A stretch of DNA of 64,000 bases from Octopus sinensis (Eukaryota), in NCBI RefSeq assembly GCF_006345805.1, contig NC_043004.1, positions 13,764,001-13,828,000 on the forward strand, in the 5' to 3' direction. A program made the translations under genes and the position numbers. Position 1 is the stretch's first letter. Each line of letters begins with the position of its first letter. Below, piece after piece: positions 25,122-39,126 of the stretch. Below the pieces are notes generated by a model. It was not told where the DNA came from. It searched no databases and saw only the letters and a program-made list of their open reading frames with translations.

Positions 25122-25424
25122 ACAGTTCTATATTTAAGAGATGAGGAATTATTTACATTATTTACATTTGACGGGCATATGACATAATGGTTAAGAGCGT
25201 GGGCTACTAACTCCAAGATTCCATGTTCGATTCCAGACAGTGACCTAAATAATAATAGTAAAAAAAATAATGATAATAATATCGAAAAAATACCCTAGGA
25301 ATGAGAACCGAGGTTTAAAATTTCCCCAAAACACCTGATGAAGGCTGGAGGGTATATCAGCTGAAACATTTTAACAAGTAACAAGATGAGGACAAATATC
25401 CGTCAAATGTAAATAATGTAAATT
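25122..25424 (+). mobile_element. tRNA-headed element with hammerhead-like core, inverted tail copy and 12-bp TSD (Penelope/retrozyme-like)
   Basis: TSD aagattgaagat (25110-25121, 25425-25436); inverted repeat 25151-25174 versus 25400-25423; A box tggttaagagc and B box gttcgattcc; CTGATGA at 25335-25341, stem ggctg/cagct, GAAAC at 25363-25367. Confidence 0.7.
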
Positions 25425-25807
25425 AAGATTGAAGATTTTCAGACGATGAATATTCAGGTATAAATATATAGACATTTACATTAATAGATCAAATTTACGC
25501 AGAATACAAATGAGAGAAAATTAAAGGGGATGAGATATGGTGTTATAAGTCCAACACCTGTTTTTGGGAGCTCAGAGATCCATCACAATGTTCGTAGATG
25601 TAGTTCACCACAGTATGCAGGCCCTAATGGAAGCAAATAAACATTGGGTAAAATGAGCCTTCATCGTCAGGGTAGATAAAAAAATCTTACCTTTCAGATC
25701 ATGATACAGAGAGGTTTAAAGGCGGAATTGGTCCCTCATAAAGACTTCGGTGCCTAAGTCCAAATAATTTGAGTGCTAAGTGTTTTCTATACCAAGAACC
25801 TCCAAGT

Positions 25808-26030
25808 CAAAGTGGCAAGCTGGCAGAAACGTTAGCACGCTGGGCGAACTGCTTAGCGGTATTTTGTCTGTCTTTACGCTCGGAGTTCAAATTCCACTGA
25901 GGTCAACTTTGCCTTTCATCCTTTCGGGGTAGATAAATTAAGTATCAGTTGCATACTGGGGTCGATCTAATCGACTGGCCCTCTCTCTAAAACTTTTGGG
26001 CCTTGTGTCTAGAGTAGAAAAGAATCTCCA
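25808..26030 (+). mobile_element. Family A SINE, CpG-decayed
   Basis: Family A head and B box with cgag>caag, ccgcc>ccact and gtcga>gtcaa. Confidence 0.85.
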
Positions 26031-29000
26031 AATCTCATCTGTTGACTATATATGTGTATGTATGTATGTATGTATGTATGACGTAAAGGAATAGGGATCT
26101 GGAATCCAGGCAGGTCCACTTTATTAGTACTCTGATATAATTCAGGCTAATGATAGGAAATATACAGAATTGTTTAGTATATGTTTGTGTTTGTCACATC
26201 CCACTTGGAAACTAGTTTTGTTTTGTTTACATCCCTGCAACCTAGTGGTTCAGCAAAAAGTGACTGACAGAATGAGTACCAGACTTCAAAAAAAAAAATT
26301 AATTACTGTGATTGATTTGTTCGACTAGCCCTTCAGGGTGATGTCCCACGTGGTTGCAGAGTTAGCTTCTTAACCACACAGCCTTGCCTTTGCCTCTCTA
26401 TATACATATGTATGTATGTATATATATATGTGTGTGTGTGAGTGTATATATATATATATAATATATATGTAAGTTTTCAAAGTTTCTCTTCTAAGTAGAG
26501 ACAAAGTATATTTGGAACAGTGAACTTATGAAAGGCACTGACTATGTTGCTTAGATCTGATCCAGAGTTAAAAACAATAGCCACTGTGGTCTCTCATTGT
26601 TCAATATAATCCACCGATAGAGTTAAGGAGTATCTGAAATAATGTTTCTGTGAATGGCACTTAGTTACTTAACCAACCACTCTAGATAATAGGGCTCCGC
26701 TGGAGCTAAACAACAGCTGCAATTATATCGGTATTGTTTCTCTGTTCTCCCTCTTGGACCATGGTTCTCAGTCATTTTTTTCACTATGGATCCCTCTGAT
26801 TACTATCTTATTCTGGTGGACCCTCAGATCCATTCAGTGTTTAACCCTTTAGCATTTAAACTGACTATATTCGTCCTCAAATATTCTATCTGTTTTGTGT
26901 TTAAACTAGATAAATCCAGCCTCCCACACCTTACCCTACAATGTCATTCTAGAAATAAACAATCACATCATTGAAATTTTGAAGCTACATGTTAATATAT
27001 AATTAATTCAAAACAATGTGAATAAATAAGCATTGTATTTGACAGTATAATCTGAATGCTAGAGTGAAAAACTAGTTTTATAGATGCTTCTTTTAAAATT
27101 AGACTAAACAGGACAGGAGGAGATCTGTAGGATGGAGAGCCACTGAAGAGGTCACCGGATGTGTGACAAAAGATTTCACACTAAGGACACTAAAATAGGA
27201 ACAACGAAGTCTTTCAAAATTCCTATTCTGTTGTTCAGACATTTAACTTGTGTAGATTGGACTAAATAAAACATTAGGAGAAGAAACCTGTTTCTTGCAA
27301 TGAATACATCTAAATCAAAATTTTATATGGGCCCTTAAAATACTACTGTTGACCCCCATTTTACTATTTTGCTTGCAAGGACACCCTGCCAGATTTTATA
27401 TGGACCTCGGTTGAGAACCACCACTCTAAGCAGTCAAAGTATATTTGGAATAATCGATCAATGAAGGGTTGCTAATCTATGGCATTGAGCTGGCCTAGGG
27501 CTAAACAACCACCATTATGATATCCCATTTTGTTGTTTAGTCCCCTATCTAGAGTGAAGGTTATAGAAGGATGGCTCTGTAAATGAAATTTGTCATTCAG
27601 CTGACTAACTATGTAGCATAGGGCTAACCTGGATGTGTGGAGGCATGTGACTTAGTGGTTAGGGTGCTGGACTTATGATTGTAAGATTGTGGTTTCAATT
27701 CCTGGACTGGACGATATGCATTGTGTTCTTGAGCAAAACACTTCATTTCACATTTCTCCACTCCACTCAGCTGGCAAATATGAGTAATCTTGGGATGAAC
27801 TGCCGTCCCATCTAGGTGAGGAATATATGCACCATGGAGACCGGGAAGCTGGCCCTTATGAGTCGGCATGACTCGAGGAGGTACCTTTACCTTTTTAACC
27901 TACACTTAAACAACTGTTGTGATGTAATCTTTCTTTAAACAAAACAGCAAAGTTATGGGGATGTAAACAAACCAACACCAGTTGTCAGCATAGGAGAAAC
28001 GAACACACATATACATATGATGGGGTTCCACACAGTTTCCATCTAATGAATTCACTCACAAGATGAGGGACATCAGCAGAAGACACATGCCAAAGGTGCT
28101 GTGCAGTGGCACTGTACCTAGAACCAGGTATAATCTTTCACTAAATAGAATCATGGTACCATTGAAAGAATGGATCTGTACATGGTACCTACTCATTGAC
28201 TGACTCTCAGCATCTCATAGGGCTGATCTGGTATTAACCCTTTAGTATTTAGATTACTCTTTCAGGCCCCACCCCGACTGGCTCCTGTGCTGGTAGCAAG
28301 TAAAAAGCAGTCTGAATGTGACTGATGCTAGGCCTGCCTGAGTGGTTCCTGTGCCAGTGGCACGTAAAAAGCACCTACAACACTCTTGGAGTGGTTACCG
28401 TTAGAAAGGGCATCCAGATCAGATTGGATCCTGGTGTGGCTTCTTGGCTTGCTTGTCAAACTGTCCAACCCATGCCAGCATGGAAAATGAACATTAAATG
28501 ATGATGATTTATTTCCAGTGTTTTGAATTAATCATGCATTATCTTATAGCTTCAAGATTTTGGAAAGGTATCCATCTGTAAAAACCATGCCAAAACTGAC
28601 CTTGCCTGCACTAGTGCCACATAAAAAGCACGCACTCAACTCTGTAGGGTGGTTGGTGTTAGGAATGGCATCCAGCTGTAAAAACCTTGATGCCTGGGGT
28701 AGTCTTCTACCTGGCTGGCTCCTGTCAAACCATCCAACCCATTCCAGCATGGAAGGTGGGCATTAAACAATAATGATGATGATGATTGTTTATTTTCCAA
28801 ATGACATTGTAGGGTTGGTGTGAGAGGCCAGATCTGGCCAGTTTGAACATAAAATAAGTAGAATATTTGGGGCCAGATATGGCCTGTTTAAATGCCAATA
28901 ACACGAGCCATCTAACCCTGATGACTACTCTTTTATCACTCTCAGATCAAACCACATTAACCCTTTAGTACTTAAACCAGCCATTTCTGGCCTGAACATT

Positions 29001-29959
29001 CTACCTGTTTTCTGTTCAAACTAACCAGATCCAGCCTCTCACACCTACCCAACAGTGTCATTCTAAAAATCAACAATCGTATCAATGAAATCTTGAGGTT
29101 ATGAAATGATGCATGAATGTTTGAAAACATTTGACCTGGCTCAGTGGTTAGTGCTTCAGGCTCACAATCATGAGGTAGTGAGTTCAATTCCCGGACCGGA
29201 ATGTGTGTTGTGTCTTTGAGTAAAGACACTTTATTTCACATTGCTCCAGTTCACTCAGCTGTAGAAATGAGTTGTGATGTCACTGGTGCTAAACTGTATC
29301 GGTCTTTGCCTTTCCTTTGGATAACATTGGTGGCATGGAGAGAGGAGGCTGGTATGCATTAGCGACTGCTGGCCTTCCATAAAAACAACCTTGATCGCAC
29401 TTGTGCCTCAGAGGGTAACTTTCTAGATGCAATCCACAGTCATTCATGACCAAAGGGGTTCTTTTCCCTTTATATTTGACTGAATAAACTAAATGTTAAA
29501 GGATTAAGGTGACAATTTTAAATGATCTAACTTGTTAATGTTGTCATTATTAAGTTGATAGGACAGTCTTGATTGTATTGATCTTTGATTAAAAGGTGAT
29601 CAAGCTATGAGCATCCCACTTATTTTATCTTTGGGTGTGTCTAAGATTACATTAATTGTGTCAATTCTTTTCCATATCACAAAGATACAACCTGAGGGAT
29701 ACTATGTCTAGCAGGTAGTGGTGGATTTATAAGGGCTAACTGTCTCAGGCCCGCTTTCCAAAACCACCCCCACCAATATAATATAATGATTAAATATTAG
29801 TTTCACTTAAAATAAATTTTTTTTTATATATATTAAAATTTTCCTCTGTATGACATTTTCATACCATGGATCGCTACATACAGGCCTAATCTCCCACGCC
29901 CCCCCACCCCGCCCCCACCCTTATTTTTGACATTATTTTCTTGTTTTTTTGCTTTTTTT

Positions 29960-32560
29960 TCAGATTATATTTTCTCACTAAAGATCCAATATACCATGGA
30001 GAATTCAGATACCTGGGGCTCAGAAAAGAGATGCTTCTAAAGAAAGGAATGAAAAGATACTGTTGTATTGACAAAGATAGAAGGCCTTATAAAGGCAAAA
30101 GTTTTTGTCTACTTTGGAAATGGACATCATGGCAGCTTATGGTGAAGAACCAGCATGATATATCCCTTTTGAAATACCTGCACTTGAGAGTCCCTATGCA
30201 GAAAACGAGAGAAGCCTTGGTGGGTCATCACATTCTGCACACACTTCAGATATGGACAATGCAATTTAAGACTTTGGAAGGAAAAAAACTTGCACAAACT
30301 GTAAAGTTCCTGTTAGATAGTACATGGTCAGCTAGAGCTGGTGCTACTGAAGCCCTCTTGGATGGATACAACTGCATCATGTGAACCTGATCCAGCCATG
30401 TGGGTTTTCTGTTAGAGATATGTTTGTTCCTTTTTTGGTTAAAACTATTTATGGCATGACAAAATATGCCTTTGCTTCTCAGATTTTCCATCAATCAAGC
30501 TGATGTCAACTGATGTAAAATAGGCATTGCTATTTTATCAGGAATTTCATATTTTACACTAGCATGGCATTGTTAAGCTGAATTTGAAAATGTGGACCTC
30601 TACTTGCTGTCAAAGGGTCACAGCTCTTTGTTGCACTGTTATGTTCAGCCAAGATGACAGGTTTTCCTGTGAAAATGGTTCTAATGACTGAAAAAAAAAA
30701 GCAAGGCAAAAAGTAACCCTCAATAAGAAACCTGATGTCATAGATTCTTCTATGCTTGGAATGTTAGCTTTTGTAAGTCCAGTGAAATAAGAAATACAGA
30801 GCTGAAGTATTGTACTTTGTTGTAACCAGGATGGTTGTTTTAACTGAGAGAGGCCTGGGATTTAGAGACAGTGAAGAGCTCGCAAGATCCAAGCATATGG
30901 AACTTGTTGGACAGTTTATTCCACTTTAAATGATTCATCATAAACAATCTGGCAATTGTGAAAATGGTAAACAATCCTACTTACTGCCAAGCAGTCTATT
31001 AAGAAATTATTATATTGATGGCAAAATACTGTCACAGAATTTAAAACAGAAGATCTGGCTCTTGTTAACCATCTAACAATCATTGCCAGATGTAAGAATG
31101 TTTTAACTTTCAGACTGAGTGACACAAAGTATTGACATCTCTGTTATAATTTCTAGAAAACAAAAGTATTAATTGAGAAGAATACAGAGGACAGTCCTTG
31201 GGGGAATGTGAGCAACAATTTTCATTGTTTGTTGGATGGGCAACTGACTCTTGCTGTATTTAAACTGTTAGTTGTGGTGGCATCTTACAAAATTCATATA
31301 TATATATACTTTTTTTACCTGCATCGATATGCTGTAATGAAGACCAGAAGAACATAGAAGCAGAATAACTGTGAAGTCCTTGTTAGCAAGAGTTGATGCT
31401 ACTGAAGTTCTCTTGGATGGATACAACTGCATTCAAAATACTTTCAGAGATACTGAAAGTGACTTGGAGCAAACACCTGAAATGAGGTGTAAAGCTGGAA
31501 GTAACTTAATTTTTGTGCAGGTCACCAATTCATCTAAAGCCTTTCAAGGAACTGACATTGATATGAAGAAAATGGTGGATCCAGTTGTTTCGTCAGGATA
31601 AATTTGAAATCATTTCAAGATGATTGTAAAGCATTGAAACTTGAAGTCATGTGGCAGCAGAGACTATATAAAGCAACTCCTGACAGACCAAGGAGGGGAG
31701 GAACAAACATTTATGATGTGAATCCCTCATCACTCGGTCTAAGAGGTAGTTGATCCTTTTCTCCAGAGAAAATTCAGATATAGAACTTTCAGAGCCATTT
31801 ATATAGTTTTACAAGAATGCAATGTGGAACCAGTTAGTGTTTGAAATTATAAACTTATGCAATCTATCTGATTTTTTTTTTTTCTGGTGCATTCGAACCC
31901 ATAAGGCTGTTTACCCAGTTTCTTTGGTACATGTGACTGAGATCCCTGCTCTCCCCTTAATTTGTACACCAGTCCATTGCAGGTTCAAAGCCAGCAATGT
32001 TGAGAGGAGTTGATTACATTGACCCTGGTATTTGACTTGAACTTTGTTTTATCGACAGCGAAAGGATGAAAGACACAGTTGATCATAGCGAGATTTGAAC
32101 TCAGAATGTAAAGAGCTAAAAGAAACTCTGCTAAGCACATTGTCCTATATGCTAATAATTCTGCCAGCGTGCTGATCCTAATAATATTTGCAGATAAGAA
32201 ATGGTCCAATTGTCCAGTTCATAGCATTATCCAAGCTCAGATGTTTCATTCCATCTCAACTGACAATTTTACCCGATGATAACAGGCTTGCTGGTACTTT
32301 ACCAACACTTTTTGCAACTCTTATGATATATTCATGCATGATGGTCTCTAGTTCTTCACAGAAAATATCACTCAGCAAATTGGTACCGATAAAGAATTAC
32401 TTGAATTCCATGACTTACTAATGACTGTTGAACTACGTACTTTGTGCCCATTGGATGTAGAGAACAGTGTCCTGAAGATGATGCAGTTTGAAGAATTCCT
32501 TAAAGATTTTTTCAGATGCCATGTTTTGGAAAAAGAACAAAAAAGGTTTTTCTAGATACT
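29960..32560 (+). pseudogene. Degenerate hAT transposase (ZMYM1/Tip100-like) in UCHL5 intron 1
   Basis: LTERGLGFRDSEEL..MELVGQF (30843 onward, DUF4371-like); STWSARAGATEALLDGYNCI (RWSAR motif); ISLSKLVPIKNYLNSMT (about 32365-32415, hAT dimerization SFSKLKLIKNYLRSTM-like). Many stops and shifts; SINE inserted at about 31985-32175. Confidence 0.8.
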
Positions 32561-34089
32561 GCTGTGTAGGACATAGAATTGTAAGTTGGTAAAAATTACT
32601 GTACTTAGCTGAGATAAACCTTTGCATTGACAGATGGATTTAATCTTTCTGTATTGATTGATAACGTGTTAACTTTTTGTTTAACATTTATATATCTATG
32701 CATATTTATATTTGAATTTATATATAGCAGCTTCTCTATGCATGTATAACTTTTTCAGTTCTAATTCAATACAATAAATGGACCATGATATATAGATTTG
32801 GTGATTTGCTGTGTATTCTAATTTCTTAGTAAGAGTGGTCTACCAAAAACGATGTCCCTCAGACCTGACAAGGCTTAAATCCAGTCTGATCAGTAAATCG
32901 AATGCTTGTTCAGTCTCTCTCTCTCTCTTCCCTGCCTTAGCTAAAAATTTATTTGTAAATCCAGAACAAAAGTTTGTTATTGATACAAGAAAAGTTAGTG
33001 TTGAGTAGCCTAATGTAAAAATATACATGGTATCATTCAAACTATTCTGTTGGCTCAGAAACTTTACAAGGTTGAATGTTCTCGAGTAAATATCCTTTGG
33101 AGGAACCCCTTTTCAGCTGCTTGTATTAACAATCGTCTTCAGAAGGCTCGTCAAGCCAAGTGAAAGTATAGTTGTGGCCGATGTCGGTCTCGTGTAACTG
33201 GCACATAAAAAGCACCCGTTACACTCTTGGAGTGGTTGGCACTAGCAAGGGCATCCAGCTGTAGAACATGGTTTCTACAAATCAGATTGGAACCTGGTGC
33301 AGCTCTCCAGCTTACCAGTTTCAGTCAACCTGTCCAACCCATGCCAGCATGGAGGAGAGATGCTAAATGGTGAGGATGATGATTCTTTGAGTCATTACCC
33401 AACATTCGTGACCATAGGTGATGACAGGCACAGAAACCGAATTGAAAATACTGTAATTTACACACTTTTTTTTGCAAAAGTAAAAATAAACTTTAGTGTG
33501 TGCGTAAATTACATGAGTAGGTTGTTTCCAGAATCTTTTTTTAGAATTTTTCCGTTGAAAAAAGACATACATTTTGTATGCATGTATACATATACAGCTA
33601 TTGTCTGCTCACAAATTGTGAAATAATCCTCTGATTATTTCTGGTTAGTCTCACACAGTTATGTGAAGACACACAAACACACAGTCTCATACACTTACCT
33701 ACACATACAAACATTTAAACACAGTCTCATGCAGTTACACGTACGCGCGCACATACACACACACACACTCACAGATGCTAGCAGGCAATCAGCGTCATAT
33801 TTTTCATTTACTTATTTTTATTGGAATGCTAACTTAGGGGGCAGAGGAGGGTATGGTGACTGAGTAAAGCAGACAGACCTCCTCAAAGGAAGGGGAGGGT
33901 ATATTGAGTGAGCAAAACATTTTATTTATCTGGAAGACAACACAAGCACTTTGTAATTTTAATAGCTTTTAATGTGATACCTTTAAATAGAAATTATTTT
34001 TATTTAATGAAAATTTAATAAAATCTAACCATAAGTGAAATTGTGGTAAATTGAAAACCTTTTTCCCTGGCCATATCGGTAATTTTGAA

Positions 34090-34655
34090 AACTTTTGGGT
34101 GTGAATTTTACATACTCTTTTACTCTTTTACTTGTTTTAGTCATTTTGACTGCGGCCATGCTGGAGCACCACCTTTAGTCGAGCAAATTCAACCCCGGGA
34201 CTTATTCTTTGTAAGCCCAGTACTTATTCTATCGGTCTCTTTTGCCGAACCGCTAAGTGACGGGGACGTAAACACACCAGCATCGGTTGTCAAGCAATGC
34301 TAGGGGGACAAACACAGACACACAAATATATATACACATATATACAACAGACTTCATTCAGTGTCCGTCTACCAAATCCACTCACAAGGCTTTGGTCGGC
34401 CTGAGGCTATAGTAGAAGGCACTTGCCCAAGATGCCACGCAGTGGGACTGAACCTGGAACCATGTGGTTGGTTAGCAAGCTACTTGCCACTCACTCTTTA
34501 CTCTTTTACTTGTTTCAGTCATTTGACTGTGACCATGTTGGAGCATTGCCTTTAGTTGAGCCAATCGACCCCAGGACTTATTCTTTGTAAGCGTAGTACA
34601 TATTCTATCAGGCTCTTTTGCCAAACCGCTAAGTTACAGGGACGTAAACACACCA
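34090..34655 (-). mobile_element. Family B SINE plus a second 3' fragment
   Basis: Reverse complement of the family B body with tail (tactctt)n. Confidence 0.85.
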
Positions 34656-35368
34656 GCATAACTACAGTACCCTACCAATACAGGGTTATTTTACCTGACT
34701 ACGTACCCAATGTTATTGTACCTAGTCATTCCTGGCATCCTACGTGTTGATGTGCCTAAATTCTAAGGTGTGCTATGCACCTGTGCTGGTGGCATGTGAA
34801 AGCACCTATTACACTCTGAGTGGTTGGCGTTAGGAAGGGTATCCAGCATGCCAGCCCAGTCAAACCGTCCAACCTGTGCCAGCATGGACAACAGTCATTG
34901 AATAATGATGATGATGATGTGTGTGTATGTATGCAACTGGATTTTGCACAGTTTCCATCTACGAAGGTATGCTGAAAAGTTACTGGCTTTAGGTTAAATA
35001 AAATACAGTAGGATCAGTAATTATGATTTTATGCAACATATTTCCCTCTCAGATTCAGATTTTATTACAGCAGTCCTTCAGGTTTTCTAAGCCCTGTAAA
35101 AGAACTCCAACCAAACCTTTCGCTACACCCTTAAAACCAGGAACTTTTCAGCACCCTCGCGTATCAAATTCACTCATGAGGCATTGGTTGGCCTGGGACT
35201 GTAACAAAAGACACTTGCCCAAGATGCCAGACAGTGGAACTGAACCTGAAACCTCATGGTTATAAAGCAAGCTGTTTTAACCACACTGCCATGCCTGCAC
35301 CTTATAAAAGACAAACTATTGAGATGACATTAATCCTCCTTATTAATTATATTTTTTTCTTTTCACAG

Positions 35369-35432
35369 GTGTCAAAGGAATTCAGGTGGAAGAGATATGG
35401 AGCTTAGATTCTGACAGTTTCAAAAATTTAAA
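35369..35432 (+). CDS. UCHL5: UCHL5 exon 2
   Basis: tttcacag|GT GTC AAA...TTA AA|gtaagg; GVKGIQVEEIWSLDSDSFKNLK; 64 nt. Confidence 0.96.
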
Positions 35433-37660
35433 GTAAGGAAGTTTTGTTGTTTTCAAATTTGTTGCTTAACCCTTTAGCATTTAAATCGGTTGTATCTGGT
35501 CAAAATATTTTACCTGTTTTATGTACAAACCAGCCAGATCTGATCTCTCACACCTACCATACAATGTCATTCTAAAAATAAAATCTCAAAGCTACAAGAT
35601 AATACATGATTAATTTAAAACAATGTGAATGCTAAACTCTGCTTGCGAAGACCTGTTGAGGCAAGTGAAATCAAAATCAAATTCGATGACTGGCATTCGT
35701 GCTAGTGGAGCGCTAAGAGCACCATCCAAACATGATCGTTGTCAGAGCAGCTAATTGGCTTCCGTGCTGATGGCATGTAGAAAGCACCATTCATGCGTGA
35801 TTGTTACCAGTGTCGCCTTACTGGCACGTGAAAAAACATTCGAGCGAGGTCATTGCCAGTGCCGCTGGACTGGCTCCTATGCAGGTGGCACGTAAAAAAC
35901 ACCATTTGAGCGTGGCCGTTGCCAGTATTGCCTAACTGGCCCTCATGCCAGTGGCAAGTGAAACCACCCACTACACTCTCATAGTGGTTGGTGTTAGGAA
36001 GGGCATCCAGCTGTAGAAACCTTGCCAGATCAGACTCGAGCCTGGTGCAGCCATCTGGTTTGCCAGTCCTCAGTCAAATTGTCCAACCCATGCTAGCATG
36101 GAAAGCGGAAGTTAAACGATGATGATGATGATGTGAATGAATAAGGATTACATTTGACAGAAAAATCTGAATGCTAAAGGGTTAATCTTTTAGCATTCAA
36201 ACTGGCCATATGCAGCCCAAATATGCTACCTGTTTTATTTTCTAACCAGCCAGATCCAGCCTGTCACACCCTTCAATGTCATTATAAAATTTTCAATCAC
36301 ATCATCGAAATTTTGAAGCCATGAAATGATGTGTGATTAATTAAAAACAATATGAATTAAAGAGCATTAAGTTTGACAAAATAATCTGAATATTAAAAGG
36401 TTAATGCCTTTTGATACTGATCTCTCTGTAATCCTCTCTGGTTTTATGATATAAAACGTTTTATTTTAAAGCATTTGCGTTTCAGTGTGTGTCTAGCATG
36501 ACTATGCTACCAATTATTATTCTCCTTGGAGCCATTTCCCCTGCTACCCACCCTGCATTCTCAGCATAATCCCATACCACATTATTTGAACAATAAGATG
36601 TGTTTTCTGTACCTGTGAAACTCGACGTCACCATATCGTGGTTCACCTAACACGGTTTCTTACTTCGGCTTACGTCGATTCCTCCGTGGTGTTGTTTTGC
36701 ATTTATAATAAAATAAATATATACAAATTATAAAAACAATGAAAAAAAAATATACAGTATAGTACTGTTTCTACTTCTTGGATGGATTTTCACCTATTGC
36801 AGAGGGTTTGGGGACGAGTCTAGGATATTTACCCCCACGGACAATAACCCTTTCCACTAAGGACAATTACCCCTGAGGACAACAGATGATGATTTAAAGC
36901 TTCTTAATATATTGGATAGGGGGTAATTAACCAAGTGGTAGTTGTTGGGGGGAATTGTCCTGATATGTTTGGGACATAACACCCGTGATAGTTGAAGGAT
37001 TACTGTAATGCAACTCTAAATTTAAATTTCATATTGACTGCTCTTTTCTTTTGTTTGTACATCTAGCTGTATATGTACATACATACATATGCGCTCATAC
37101 ATACATACATACATACATACATACATGCATGCATGGTGGTTGTCTGCGCCTTATGCAGAGTCTGACCGCCTCTTGTACTTAGATTTATCAAGGCGTCTGA
37201 TGCAGCTTTTTAAACTGGGCAAAGTTTTTGGAAAAGACACCCACATAAATTGCATATCTGCTTTGGACCACCAAGAGCTGCAGTTAAGTCTTCATCTTTG
37301 TGGATCTTAAAATGTCTTTTGAAGCCTCCGTTAGATTTGCAGTCCTTATGGCATATATACATGCATGCATGGGCACACACACACACTCTCTCTCTCTCTC
37401 TCTCTCTCTCAAAATATGAAAACACAAATAATGGCATTAAGAATAATGGAATGATGTCTTTCTAGATGTGGTTTGACATCATCTTAATTATAGAAGAATC
37501 CATTATGGGAACTGTTGCTCTAGAGAAAGTAGCTGAAAACTTACTCAGTCTTTTAGACCTAATAGTGATGTTCTTATATGTCTGGACTATTATAAAGTCA
37601 GATTTCATATCTCCCAGCATTTCATTCCAAGCTGTGTTATTAAATGTTCATCTGTTGCAG

Positions 37661-37766
37661 ACCTGTCCATGGACTTATTTTTCTATTCAAATGGGTACCT
37701 GAGACAGAACCAGATGGCTCCATTGTACGAGACAATCGACTGAACCAAATATTCTTTGCTAAACAA
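37661..37766 (+). CDS. UCHL5: UCHL5 exon 3
   Basis: ttgcag|A CCT GTC...AAA CAA|gtaagt; PVHGLIFLFKWVPETEPDGSIVRDNRLNQIFFAKQ; 106 nt; ends in oxyanion Q82. Confidence 0.97.
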
Positions 37767-38968
37767 GTAAGTTTAATTTCTCACACCCACACACACACAC
37801 AATATGGGTGTATGTATATATGTTTATATTTATGCATGTCTCTATACATATGTATGTATATATATATATTAAAATCAATCAAAGGACTTACTGAGTATGT
37901 CTACCAGCTAGAAATAACAATCAAAACTCTTACTTAAATCACTAAAATACTACACTGATAATAACTACAGAAATCAATCGTCCGAAGGCAAATGGTCTAA
38001 GACGATGTCTCAGCATACCTTCAAGTATTTGGACTCACATGGACCGGTTTCTGGACTGGCATAATAGCCTCACCTTCCTCAGCTTGCGTTACCATGATAA
38101 AGAGCTCCAAACCTGTCACGCTGAAGTCTGTGCTGCAACTGATACATTTTGTACGGAATCATTGGCAGCCAGAATCAGTTTAGCTCGTTTGCCTTCGGAC
38201 GGTTGACTTCTGTCGTTATTATCAGTGTATTTTGGTGATTTAAATAAGGGTTTTGACTGTTATTTCCAGCAGATAGACATACTTGGTATGTCCTTTGATT
38301 AATTTTAATCCTTCAGCTATTTAATGTTTTTGTTTTTTTTAGCCTGCAATCACCTATATTACTGATTCTGTTATTATCATTTTTAAATTGCTACACTAGA
38401 TAACTACAGTCAATAATGTTCTTCACAAATAATTGTCGTCAATTCATTGCTCTGTAAATATAATATATATCAGCATGAAAGGCAGATATTAAATGATGAC
38501 AATGGTGATGATGTATATATGTATGTATATGTATGTATATATATATATAAATATATATAGGTGCAGGAGTGGCTGTGTGGTAAGTAGCTTGCTAACCAAC
38601 CACATAGTTCTGGGTTCAGTCCCACTACATGGCACCTTGGGCAAGTGTCTTCTACTATAGCCTCAGGCTGACCAAAGCCTTGTGAGTGGATTTGCCAGCG
38701 ACATCAGTGCTGATTTGCGTGATGCCAGTGTCTGCCATGTCTGTAATTTTGCTCGGCTTGATGGGTTTTCTTCTCAAGCATGACACAACGCCAAAGGTCT
38801 TGGTCATTGCCTCTGTGAAGTCCAACACTCAAAAGGAACCCAGCTACCTTGCCTCCATGAGGCCCAACACACACAGACGCACATACACTCACTCACGCAT
38901 ACATATATATTTTATTTTATTTTACTTTCTTTGCTTGTTTTTATTTCATTTTGATTGTGCTCCTGCAG

Positions 38969-39094
38969 GTAATTAACAACGCATGTGCAACACAAGCTAT
39001 TCTCAGTATTTTGCTCAACTGCAAACATGAAGATCTGGAATTGGGAGAAACCTTGACGTCTTTCAAAGAGTTTGTTCAAAACTTTGACCCAGCT
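38969..39094 (+). CDS. UCHL5: UCHL5 exon 4 (catalytic Cys88)
   Basis: cctgcag|GTA ATT...CCA GCT|gtaagt; VINNACATQAILSILLNCKHEDLELGETLTSFKEFVQNFDPA; 126 nt. Confidence 0.98.
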
Positions 39095-39126
39095 GTAAGT
39101 AATTGTTTCCTCTTACATTTCAAGTA

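Noticed and set aside
29941-32421. Nested functional gene (ZMYM-like) in intron 1
   Set aside because: Multiple stops and frameshifts and a SINE insertion; it is a transposase relic.
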